A stretch of 64,000 nt of DNA from Acidobacteriota bacterium (lineage in GTDB: Bacteria; Acidobacteriota; UBA890; WLXD01): the NCBI GenBank assembly GCA_029263295.1, contig JAJCXT010000055.1, forward strand, positions 17,085-81,084, given 5' to 3'. Positions 37,007 to 45,860 of the stretch are shown here, piece after piece; the first letter of the stretch is position 1; each line of letters starts with the position of its first letter. The translations under genes were made by a program, and so were the position numbers. Below the pieces are notes generated by a model that was not told where the DNA came from, ran no database searches, and saw nothing but the letters and a program-made list of their open reading frames with translations.

Positions 37007-39732
37007 GCGACCTCCGCGTTCCCGGACTGACGCTCGCCGCGCACCTGCTGCGATCGGCTACGCTCGCGTACCCTCTCGCCTTTCGCCGCCGCTTCGCGTC
37101 CGAGATGCAGTGCGCGTTCCAGGAGCGCTGCTCGGACGCTTGGAGGGACCGCGGCAGCCGAGGACTAGCGGCGGCCGTGAGCCGCACGATTCTCGATGTC
37201 CTCCGCGCCGGATTGGGCGAACGACTCGAACACCGCCGTACCGCTCCCGCACCTGGCCCCCACCTCCGCCCCGATCCCCCAGATCGTGTGCCCATGTTCA
37301 GCTCGACTCTGCAAGACATCCGTTTCGCAGCCCGTCTGTTGCGCAAGAACCCCGGATTCACTCTGGTGGCTGTGCTCACGTTGGCCCTCGGCATCGGCGC
37401 GAACACCGCCATCTTCACGCTCGTCGACTCGCTCCTCGGCCGCCCGCTGCCCGGCATCGAGGACTCGGACAGCCTGTTCGCCCTCTACACCGCGGACAGC
37501 GGCGGCTCGCCTGGCGTCTCGTCGATCGTCGATTTCCGTGACTTCGAGGAACAACTCGACACTGTGTCCGGCGTCGCCGCCTACAAGCCACGCGGAGCCA
37601 ACGTCAGCAACGGCGGCGTGACCGAGCAATTGTCGAGCATGATGGTCACGGGCAGCTACTTCGAGGTGCTTGGTGTCGCTGCAGTCCTCGGCCGAACGAT
37701 CGGGCTGGAGGACGACATCGAGCCCGACGGCCACCCCGTAGGGCTGATCTCGTATGGCCTGTGGCAGCGACGCTTCGCCGGCGATCCGGATGCCGTAGGC
37801 AGCGAGCTTCGAGTCAACGGTCGCGCGTTCACGATCATCGGCGTCACCCCACGAGGCTTCCGAGGAACCTGGCTGGAAAGCGGACCCGACCTATTCGTCC
37901 CCATGGCAATGCAGCCAACCATGATGCCGGGTAACGGCAACCTTCTGGAGCGGCGAGGCTGGGGCGGAGTCCTGGTGCTCGGACGCAGGGCCGAGGGACA
38001 GAGCGTGGAAGCCGTCCGGGCCGAGATCGAGACCGTCGGCGCCTGGCTGCGGACGACGTTTCGTGTGGCCCAGGGACGCGACTATCAGGTCGTATCGTTC
38101 GCCGAGGGAACCATGGCCCCACAGGCGCGAACGATGGTGGTTCAGCTCAGCGCGTTGTTGTTCATCGTGGCCGGATTGGTCCTCCTGATCGCCTGTGTGA
38201 ACGTAGCGAATCTGCTACTGGCGCGAGCCGCCAGACGGACTCGCGAAATCGCGGTGCGCCAGGCACTCGGAGCTGGCCGCCGACGGATCGTCAATCAACT
38301 GATGGCCGAGAGCCTGCTGTTGAGCGGACTCGGAGGCGTCGTCGGCATAGGCGTTGGCGCCTTCCTGGCGCGCGCTGTCGGCCAGCTCCCTGTCGGCCTC
38401 ACGATGGCGACGGGCATCGACCAGCGCGCTCTGCTCTTCTGTGCGGGAGTGACTCTCCTCACCGGGCTGGCTTTCGGGCTCGTTCCGGCTCGCCGCGCCG
38501 CCCAGATCGACGTCAACAGCCGCTTGCGCGATGGCGGGCAGAACGTCTCGGCCCGCGGCGGGCTCTCGAGCGGCCTGGTCGTTGTGCAGGTGGCGATCTC
38601 TGTCGTGCTGCTGGTCACCGCGGGTCTGTTTGTGCGGACCCTCGCCAACCTGAGTCGTCTGGACCTCGGCTTCGACCCTGCTGTGGCGACCGTTGGCACG
38701 GACCCCGGCCTGCAGGGCTATTCGACTGCCGAGACGGCACAGTTCTACGCAGCGGCCCGGGAGCGGCTGGCCGCGCTGCCAGGTGTGCAGCGCGTCAGCT
38801 ACGTCAACGCGCTACCGGGCCCGGAGAACGACGGCGAGGACACCTTCTCGATCGACGGCTACGCCCCTGCCGACGGCAACCCCGTCGCGCTCTTCAGCCT
38901 CGTCGGGCCTGACTACTTCGAGCTACTCCGCATCCCGATCGTGGAGGGTCGGGGCCTGCTCGTCACGGACACAGAAGGCACTCAGGGCGTGGTAGTGATC
39001 AACCAGGCTGGCGCCGACCGACTCGAGCAACTCACCGGTCGGCCCGGGCTAGGCGCCCGCCTCAGTGTCTTCGGCAGCCCGTGGGTCGAGGTTGTCGGCG
39101 TGGTCGCTAACAGCGTGACCAGCGGTGTCGCCGACGCCCCCCGCACCACACTGTATGTGCCCCAGCAGCAGCTGGCCTCCACACCATTCGCTTCGCGAAT
39201 GACGCTGCTAGTACGAGCTGACGGCGAGCCGGCCACCATGGTCGAGGAGGTGCGGAACGTCGTGCGCTCAATCGACCCCGCGTTGCCCGTCTTCAACGTT
39301 GGCACGCTGGAAACACGGATGGCGAGCGCGCTCGCCCAGGAACGCCTCACCGCCGTGGCCATAGGCGCCGCCGCCCTTTTGGCACTGGCGCTGGCGCTCG
39401 TCGGCCTGTACGGAATCCTCGCCTATACCGTGAGTCGCCGGGCAGCGGAACTCGGAGTCCGTATGGCCCTCGGCGCCGACGCCTCGCACCTCGTACGGAT
39501 GGTGCTCCGGCAAGCCTCTGCTTTGGTCGTGCTGGGCCTGGTGTTCGGGTTAGCCGGCGCGGCCGCGCTTGCTGGGCTGGTGGAGGGCTTCCTGTTCGAT
39601 GTCGCGGCCCTCGACGTGGCCACCTACGTCGGAGTCCTGGCACTGATGTTCGCCGTCAGCCTGGCTGCCGCATGGGTACCCGCGCGGCGCGCCACGAGCC
39701 TGGACCCGGTACGCGCACTCCGCAGCGAGTAA
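37003..39732 (+). CDS. ADOP-type duplicated ABC permease #6, with a YP..FRRRFASEM-type prefix
   Basis: GTGA overlap with PadR; LQDIRFAARLLRKNPGF, LGIGANTAIFT, LLIACVNVANLLL, GLYGILAY...ELGVRMALGA, PARRATSLDP. Confidence 0.94.
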   Translation: MSDLRVPGLTLAAHLLRSATLAYPLAFRRRFASEMQCAFQERCSDAWRDRGSRGLAAAVSRTILDVLRAGLGERLEHRRTAPAPGPHLRPDPPDRVPMFSSTLQDIRFAARLLRKNPGFTLVAVLTLALGIGANTAIFTLVDSLLGRPLPGIEDSDSLFALYTADSGGSPGVSSIVDFRDFEEQLDTVSGVAAYKPRGANVSNGGVTEQLSSMMVTGSYFEVLGVAAVLGRTIGLEDDIEPDGHPVGLISYGLWQRRFAGDPDAVGSELRVNGRAFTIIGVTPRGFRGTWLESGPDLFVPMAMQPTMMPGNGNLLERRGWGGVLVLGRRAEGQSVEAVRAEIETVGAWLRTTFRVAQGRDYQVVSFAEGTMAPQARTMVVQLSALLFIVAGLVLLIACVNVANLLLARAARRTREIAVRQALGAGRRRIVNQLMAESLLLSGLGGVVGIGVGAFLARAVGQLPVGLTMATGIDQRALLFCAGVTLLTGLAFGLVPARRAAQIDVNSRLRDGGQNVSARGGLSSGLVVVQVAISVVLLVTAGLFVRTLANLSRLDLGFDPAVATVGTDPGLQGYSTAETAQFYAAARERLAALPGVQRVSYVNALPGPENDGEDTFSIDGYAPADGNPVALFSLVGPDYFELLRIPIVEGRGLLVTDTEGTQGVVVINQAGADRLEQLTGRPGLGARLSVFGSPWVEVVGVVANSVTSGVADAPRTTLYVPQQQLASTPFASRMTLLVRADGEPATMVEEVRNVVRSIDPALPVFNVGTLETRMASALAQERLTAVAIGAAALLALALALVGLYGILAYTVSRRAAELGVRMALGADASHLVRMVLRQASALVVLGLVFGLAGAAALAGLVEGFLFDVAALDVATYVGVLALMFAVSLAAAWVPARRATSLDPVRALRSE

Positions 39733-39835
39733 AGGCTCGGCCGCCAGCTTCGACGTCGTAATCGGAGTCAGCGCTAGGAACCGGCCGTTTGATCCAACGT
39801 CGAGACGCGCGCTCGCGGTTGCATGATTCTGCTAT

Positions 39836-39859
39836 ATATGTAACTAATAAGTTACATAT
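39836..39859. promoter_or_regulatory. Palindromic operator overlapping the ArsR start codon (probably autoregulatory)
   Basis: ATATGTAACT-AATA-AGTTACATAT, perfect 10-bp arms. Confidence 0.78.
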
Positions 39860-40205
39860 GGAAATCGACTCGTTCGACGCCATCTTCCAGGCGCTCGCCC
39901 ACCCGGCCCGCCGCCGCATGCTCGACATCGTCAAGGACGCGCCCGGCTGCAACGTCAACGACGTTGCAGCCGCGTTCGAGATGAGCCGCATCGGCGTGAT
40001 GAAGCACCTGAGCAAGCTCGAGGATGCGGGTCTGATCCACTCGGAGAAGTCGGGGCGGGTTCGGCGACTCTACTTCAACGTGGTGCCGATCCAGCTTGTG
40101 TACGACCGCTGGACCCACGAGTACAGCGCCTGGTGGGCCGGGCGCCTGGCCGACATCAAGTACGCCGTGGAAACCGGCGCCGACACCGAGGATACCGATG
40201 GCTGA
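39858..40205 (+). CDS. ArsR/SmtB-family transcriptional regulator
   Basis: IFQALAHPARRRMLD...FEMSRIGVMKHL..LE.AGLI...K.GR.R..YFN.VPIQ. Confidence 0.92.
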   Translation: MEIDSFDAIFQALAHPARRRMLDIVKDAPGCNVNDVAAAFEMSRIGVMKHLSKLEDAGLIHSEKSGRVRRLYFNVVPIQLVYDRWTHEYSAWWAGRLADIKYAVETGADTEDTDG

Positions 40206-40752
40206 GACCGAGACCTTCGTCGCCAAGATCTTCATTCGCGGAACGATCGACGCGGTGTGGCGCGAAATCACCAAGACTGACGCCGTGCAGGGCGCCATGT
40301 TCAACATGCGCATGCACACCAACGGACTCGCCCTGGGCGGCCACATCCAGATGCGCACGGACGATGGCAAGTACACCGGCGTCGTCGGCGAGATCCTCGA
40401 ATACGACCCGCCGCACCGGTATGCCCACACCTTCCGCTTCACTCAACACGACGACCCGCAGTGCGTGGTCACCTACGACCTCGAGGAGGTGGACGGCGGC
40501 GTTGAGTTCACGCTCACGTCCAGCGACGTGACCGTCGGCACCAAGACCGCCAAACAGATGAAGAGCGGCGGCGACTTCATCTGCAAGACCCTCAAGGCCA
40601 TCATCGAGACTGGCCGCCCCAAGCTACATGTGCGCCTTATCTACGGGATCTTCCGCTTGCTCGCCTTCACCTCGCCCGCGCACACCCGCGCGGAGCACTG
40701 GCCCCTCGAGGGCGGCGACCACGCGGACACCGCAACCACGCCACCAGCCTGA
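40198..40752 (+). CDS. SRPBCC / AHSA1-like ligand-binding domain protein
   Basis: IFIRGTIDAVWREIT...GEILEYDPPHRYAHTF...VTYDLEE..GGV..TL; overlaps the ArsR stop; ArsR-SRPBCC pairing is common. Confidence 0.85.
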   Translation: MAETETFVAKIFIRGTIDAVWREITKTDAVQGAMFNMRMHTNGLALGGHIQMRTDDGKYTGVVGEILEYDPPHRYAHTFRFTQHDDPQCVVTYDLEEVDGGVEFTLTSSDVTVGTKTAKQMKSGGDFICKTLKAIIETGRPKLHVRLIYGIFRLLAFTSPAHTRAEHWPLEGGDHADTATTPPA

Positions 40753-40766
40753 ACCAGGAGTCGACC

Positions 40767-41288
40767 ATGATTCCCCGCGACACGATTCGAGCCGCCGCTC
40801 TGACCCTCACCATCGCTGCCGCCTCCGTTGGCATACTGCGCGCCAACCCGGCGACCACGTCTCCGCAGTCCGCCAACTCGCTCGAGGCCTTCGAGCGCGT
40901 CGTCGGCGGCGCCTGGACGAGTGAGGGATCAGCGGCCACCTTCGAGTGGAGCTTCGGCCATCGCTCGGTTATCGCCAAGTCCTACACGGTGGCTGCAGAC
41001 GGATCTCGGAACCTGGTCGGTCAGGGGTTCTTCTACTGGGACCCTGAAGCTGCGGCGATCAAGAGTGTCTCGGTTGCCGAAGGCATGCCGTTCGAGGTGC
41101 TCGAGATGACCTCTCGCTTCGAAGACAACGTACTCGTCAACGAGATCCGCACCATCGCCTCGGACGGCAGCATCGGCGCCTACGTCGAAACCTGGGAGTT
41201 CACCGACTCCGATACCTACGCGTGGACCCTGTACGAGGGTGACCTCGGTAGCGCCGTCTGGATGACCGACACCTACCATCGCCGATAG
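40767..41288 (+). CDS. Exported hypothetical protein (beta-rich)
   Basis: AGGAG SD; signal peptide-like N-terminus; 173 aa. Confidence 0.7.
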   Translation: MIPRDTIRAAALTLTIAAASVGILRANPATTSPQSANSLEAFERVVGGAWTSEGSAATFEWSFGHRSVIAKSYTVAADGSRNLVGQGFFYWDPEAAAIKSVSVAEGMPFEVLEMTSRFEDNVLVNEIRTIASDGSIGAYVETWEFTDSDTYAWTLYEGDLGSAVWMTDTYHRR

Positions 41289-41306
41289 GTGCCGGTCTCC
41301 TAGTCA

Positions 41307-44300
41307 CTACTGCTGCTGGTCCCGGTCCGGGTACTGGAACCGCAGGTCCGGGTACGCCGGGGCTGCCGGGATCGCACGCGGGTCTTCTGCAATCTTCTGC
41401 AGCAGGTACTCGATGGCCGTGTCGAGTTGCGCGTCTTCGCCGTTGAAGGTGGCGTGCGGCAGGTTGATCACCTCGATGTCGGGCACCACGCCCCACTGCT
41501 CGATCAGCCATTCACCTTCCGGGCCATAGACGCCGCTCATGGGCGCCCGGGCCAGGCCACCATCGCTGAGGCGGTTCGTCGACGAGAGCCAGATCTCGCC
41601 GCCCCATGTGCGGGCGCCGATCACCGGGCCCATGCCGAGGCGACGAAACCCTTCCGCGAACGCCTCACCGTCCGACGCGGTGTTCTCGTCCACCAGGACG
41701 ACCATGTGACCGCGGAAGGCGTATTGCATGTTCCAGGTCGACCGGCCAACGCGACCCTTCCAGTAGAACCACGCCGGCCGCATCAGCTTCTCGAGGATGA
41801 TGCTGTCGATGTTGCCGCCACGGTTGCGGCGCACGTCGACGATCAAGCCCGGCCGATCGTGTACGGGGTAGAACTGCCGATACCAGGCGTTGATGTCGTT
41901 GGATCCCATCGCCCGCAAATGGACGTAGCCGATCTCGCCCGCGGCCACGTCTTCGACCTCCAGCCTCCGGGTGTACTCCCAGTCGCTGTAGCGCAGGTTC
42001 AGTTCGTTGGTGGTGGGCACGACGATTAGGTCGCGACTCTCGCCGCCGGCTCCCGGCCGCACACGTAGCAACACCTGTCTGCCCTGCTGGTTGCGGAGCA
42101 AGGCGCCGATGTGTCCCACGGACAGCGTGTCGACGCCGTTGACCGCCACGATGACGTCACCGTTGGCGAGACCCAGGCCGGGGTCCGCCAGCGGCGACAG
42201 CTCGTCCGGGTAGTCCGGGTCACCCTCGTAGATGTGATCGATCCGGTACCCGCCGGCGTCCGGATCGCGAACCAGGCGCGCCCCGAGGGTCGCAACTGCC
42301 ACATCGTCATCGCCCTCGCGTAGGTCGCCGCCGCGCACGCTGGTGTGCAGCGCCGATAGTTCGCCGATCACCCGACCGATGAGCTGGTTGAGTTCAGCTC
42401 GTGTCGTCACGCGGCCGACGAGTTCGAGGTACTTCTCCAACACGACATCCCAGGCAGCCCCGTGCATGCCGGGATCGTAGAAGTAGTCGCGTTCGAGCCG
42501 CCAGGCATCGACGAAGAGTTGCCGCCAGTCGGCTGCGACGTCGATCGAGAAGGTCCAACCACTGAGGTCGACCTTGCTCTTGGCGAGACTACCGTTGGCG
42601 CTGCCAGGCCTGGCGTTGATGACGTAGATGTCGCTGCCGCGTCGCACCATCAGCTTCTTGCCGTTGGCGGACAGCTCGTACCCACCTATCCCCTCGAGCA
42701 CTTGCTCGGGCTCGGGGTCATCGTTGCCGATAGCCATGCCCATCAGATTCCCGCGGAAGCTGCCGGACTGGCGCGCGCGCCAGAATAGAGCGTCCTTCGT
42801 GACCGAGAGGCCTGAGTAGTTGCCGGGCGAGACCGGCACTTCCTTGACGCGCCGCGCGATGCCGTCGAGGTCGACGGCCATGCCGCTGGTGCCGGAGTGT
42901 CCGGGCTCGTCATCGCCGTCTGCCGACTCCGCCTTCGAGTCGTCGGCATCAGCCAGCGCCCGGCTGAGTTCGTCATCCGGCGTGAACGGCGAGCGCAGGC
43001 CTGCCTGCATGGAGATCTGGTAGACCTTCATCGTGCGATCGAAGTAAGGCTCGGGAGCCCGAGGGCCCCAGGGGCTACCGACAGACGTTCGCAGGTTGCG
43101 ATCTGAGAGGAAGTACAGCCATTCGCCGTCGGGGCTGAACGCGGGACTGACGCTGTTCACGCGGTCCGAGGTCAGCGCGGTGCGCGCGTCGGTCGCCAGC
43201 TCGTACAGCCAGAGTTGGGCGTACGTGTTCATCGCGGCCTGCACGTACGTCAGCCAACGGCTATCGGGCGACCAGGCAACGTCGCCTGTCCCCTCGCGGT
43301 TCGTCGAAACCAGGCGCTGCTGACCGGTCTCCACCTCAAGCAGCCACAGGTCGTTGTTGTTGTCCGTGTACGCAACCATATGTCCATCAGGCGACGGCGT
43401 TCCCTCGAAGCGCAGCACGGCGCCGTCATCGGTGATGGGCGTTTCCTCACCAACCCCGTTGGCAGGAATGGTCGCAAACTCGAGTTCTCCCGAGGTGTCG
43501 GTAAGCCCCAACAGCGTCTCACCGTCGGGCATGAAAACGACGTCACGGTAGCGCACGCCTTCTCGGCGTGAGGCGCGGACCAGTCGACCCGAACCGGCGG
43601 GCGCCACGAACACGCGGCCGCGCGAGGTCAGCACGACGCTCTCGCCATCGGGATGGATGTGGGCCGAACTCAGGTAGTCCATCGGTTCGGTGACCCACTT
43701 CTCACGCATCTGGTCGAAGTCGGAGGCAAGGCTGATCGGCACCAGCGCGTCCGCGTCCGCCGCGATGTCATACGTCCAGATGTCGGCGCCGACCTGGTAG
43801 GCGATGTGACCCTGGGCTATCGAGGCTTCCTTCACATCCCAGCCGCTGTGCTGGGTGTGCTGCTGCAGGTCGCTGCCGGCCTCGTTCATCGACCAGATGT
43901 TCATCGTGCCATCGCGAGGCGTCACGAAGTACACGCGGCCGTTCCACCACATCGGCGTGTGGCTCTCACCGTCATAGTCGGCGGTGAGCGGCTCGGCTTC
44001 GGGCGCACCCGACTCGTACTTCCAGATCTTGCGCGCGGTTCCGCCGGTGTAGCGCTTGGTTACGTTGCCGTGGAAACCGGGCCGAACGAAGAAGATCGTG
44101 GCGCCATCGTCGCGGTACGCGACCTCGCTCGCGTCGGCCAACGGCACAACGCTACGTGTGTTGGCGGCCAGATCGAGTTCCACCAACTGGCGCTTGGGCA
44201 AGGTGGAGTAGCTGGCCGTTGCGTAGACCAGATCCCCTGCCGGAGTCCAACCCACGGGTGTCGACGAATCGGCTTCGTAGGTCTGCCGCGTCGGCAGCCC

Positions 44301-44603
44301 GCCAGCGAACGGCATCGTATAGACCTCGGCCACACCTTCGTAGTTGCCGCGATAGGCCAGCGTTCGGCCATCCGGCGAGATCGTCGGGTAGCTCTCCTCT
44401 TCGGCATGCGTCGTCAGCCGCTGCGCGAGCCCGCCCGAGGCGGCAACCTGCCATAGGTCCCCCTCGGCGGCGAACACCAGTGTGTCGCCGTGCAAAGTTG
44501 GATAGCGATAGTACCCTTCCCTGCCACCCTGCGACCAAGCGGTGGACGAGAACAACAACACGGCAACAACTGCGAGCACGCGACGCATGGTGAGCTCCTT
44601 CAT
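41307..44603 (-). CDS. Tricorn-like protease (peptidase S41 with beta-propellers and PDZ)
   Basis: GYYRYPTL..FAAEGDLW; KRYTGGTA; FYDPGMHG; GELSALH; GYVHLRAM; DVRRNRGG; catalytic TASDGE; GARTWGG. An alternative start is ATG 44588 after AAGGAG. Confidence 0.93.
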   Translation of the reverse strand: MKELTMRRVLAVVAVLLFSSTAWSQGGREGYYRYPTLHGDTLVFAAEGDLWQVAASGGLAQRLTTHAEEESYPTISPDGRTLAYRGNYEGVAEVYTMPFAGGLPTRQTYEADSSTPVGWTPAGDLVYATASYSTLPKRQLVELDLAANTRSVVPLADASEVAYRDDGATIFFVRPGFHGNVTKRYTGGTARKIWKYESGAPEAEPLTADYDGESHTPMWWNGRVYFVTPRDGTMNIWSMNEAGSDLQQHTQHSGWDVKEASIAQGHIAYQVGADIWTYDIAADADALVPISLASDFDQMREKWVTEPMDYLSSAHIHPDGESVVLTSRGRVFVAPAGSGRLVRASRREGVRYRDVVFMPDGETLLGLTDTSGELEFATIPANGVGEETPITDDGAVLRFEGTPSPDGHMVAYTDNNNDLWLLEVETGQQRLVSTNREGTGDVAWSPDSRWLTYVQAAMNTYAQLWLYELATDARTALTSDRVNSVSPAFSPDGEWLYFLSDRNLRTSVGSPWGPRAPEPYFDRTMKVYQISMQAGLRSPFTPDDELSRALADADDSKAESADGDDEPGHSGTSGMAVDLDGIARRVKEVPVSPGNYSGLSVTKDALFWRARQSGSFRGNLMGMAIGNDDPEPEQVLEGIGGYELSANGKKLMVRRGSDIYVINARPGSANGSLAKSKVDLSGWTFSIDVAADWRQLFVDAWRLERDYFYDPGMHGAAWDVVLEKYLELVGRVTTRAELNQLIGRVIGELSALHTSVRGGDLREGDDDVAVATLGARLVRDPDAGGYRIDHIYEGDPDYPDELSPLADPGLGLANGDVIVAVNGVDTLSVGHIGALLRNQQGRQVLLRVRPGAGGESRDLIVVPTTNELNLRYSDWEYTRRLEVEDVAAGEIGYVHLRAMGSNDINAWYRQFYPVHDRPGLIVDVRRNRGGNIDSIILEKLMRPAWFYWKGRVGRSTWNMQYAFRGHMVVLVDENTASDGEAFAEGFRRLGMGPVIGARTWGGEIWLSSTNRLSDGGLARAPMSGVYGPEGEWLIEQWGVVPDIEVINLPHATFNGEDAQLDTAIEYLLQKIAEDPRAIPAAPAYPDLRFQYPDRDQQQ

Positions 44604-45670
44604 TCAGGCTGGGGTGATGCCCCCGAATACCAGGCCGACATCACGTCGGCCGCCAGCTTGTTCTGCGGTGTGAATCCTATGTCTCCCTGGCCGCCGACGG
44701 CGGAGTGTCCGGGGAACCACTTCCACCAGTAGGCACCAGCGACCCAGTCGTGGTGCCAGAAGGTACGAAAGAAGGCCTCGTAGAGCCTCTCCTGCAGGAC
44801 GGCATCAAAACCGCTGTCGTCTTCGCGCTCAGGCCACTCCCATGGGCGCTCAGCGGCCTCTTGCCAGGAGCGGTACCCGATCTCGGTGAAGAGTATCGGC
44901 CGGCCAGCACCTGCCTGGACCTCGCGGATCGCGTCGAAGTGCGGCCGCCACCCGGCGAGCAGTGACGCCATGTCGGGATTCGGGTCCCCGCTCAGCGGGA
45001 AATAGCCCTGTAGCCCTATGTAGTCGAGCTCTTCCCAGAACGGCACGGCTTCGAATTCTTCGTACCAGTTCGCCGCGTACGTGAGTTCGCCCGAGTAGAC
45101 AGCGCGAATCTCGGTGATCAACTCGAACCACTTCTGCGGTCGGGCGACGATCGTCTTGTGCAGCTCGGTGCCGATGCACAGCAGCGGAATGTCGTTCTCT
45201 TCGGCGAAGCGTGCGTAGTGCAGGATGAAGGTCTGATAGCTGGCGAACCACTCATTCCAGGCCTCGTCGGTGCCCATGTAGATATCGCCGCGCCAGTCGT
45301 CGCGCCCCACCCAGATGTGCGGTTTGAGCATCGTCTGGACTCCCCGCGCGCGGGCCAGTTCCGTCGTTTCGCGCAGCCCCTCATCGGTCTCACCCCACAA
45401 CACCTGTCCCTCGATTACCAACCGGATTTCCGGCGAGTCGCTGGCCGTCTGCCAGCCGAAAGGTGTCTGCGCGATCCACTCAACGTTGTGCTCGACCAGC
45501 GGCGATATCGCCGCCGCGTCGATACTACGGCCGGCCACCCACGCGACGCCGTGTTGACGCGCTGGCGTAGTGGGGCCTGCGTCCTGAGCCGTCGCGCCAC
45601 CCTGCGCCAAGGCGGTCAGGAGCACCGTGGCGGCGATGAAGACGGGGGTCGGTCTCGAGTTGGCTTGCAA
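44600..45670 (-). CDS. Glycoside hydrolase family 113-like TIM-barrel protein, exported (paralogue 1)
   Basis: MLKPHIW, WRGDI, CIGTEL, LTYAANW, YFPLS, PILFTEIGYRS, WKW. Start uncertain (TTG 45670, downstream of a TATGCT -10-like box). Confidence 0.8.
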   Translation of the reverse strand: MQANSRPTPVFIAATVLLTALAQGGATAQDAGPTTPARQHGVAWVAGRSIDAAAISPLVEHNVEWIAQTPFGWQTASDSPEIRLVIEGQVLWGETDEGLRETTELARARGVQTMLKPHIWVGRDDWRGDIYMGTDEAWNEWFASYQTFILHYARFAEENDIPLLCIGTELHKTIVARPQKWFELITEIRAVYSGELTYAANWYEEFEAVPFWEELDYIGLQGYFPLSGDPNPDMASLLAGWRPHFDAIREVQAGAGRPILFTEIGYRSWQEAAERPWEWPEREDDSGFDAVLQERLYEAFFRTFWHHDWVAGAYWWKWFPGHSAVGGQGDIGFTPQNKLAADVMSAWYSGASPQPE

Positions 45671-45847
45671 GCGAGCGCGCCTGGGGATGAGTCGGAATCG
45701 ACGACTGTCCGATGGCGGCAAGCATACGCGCGCTACCCGCCCGTACGCCAATTCAGTGCGGGTCACTTCGGAAGTCGCCCGACGGCAACCGTGTGCAACG
45801 TCTCTCCGCAATGACCTCCCAGTTCGAGGTGTCGAGGCCGCGGCGCC

Positions 45848-45853
45848 TATAAT
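45848..45853 (+). promoter_or_regulatory. -10 box positioned for a leaderless transcript of the APC operon
   Basis: Perfect TATAAT 7 nt before ATG 45861; no SD. Confidence 0.6.
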
Positions 45854-45860
45854 CGCGCGG

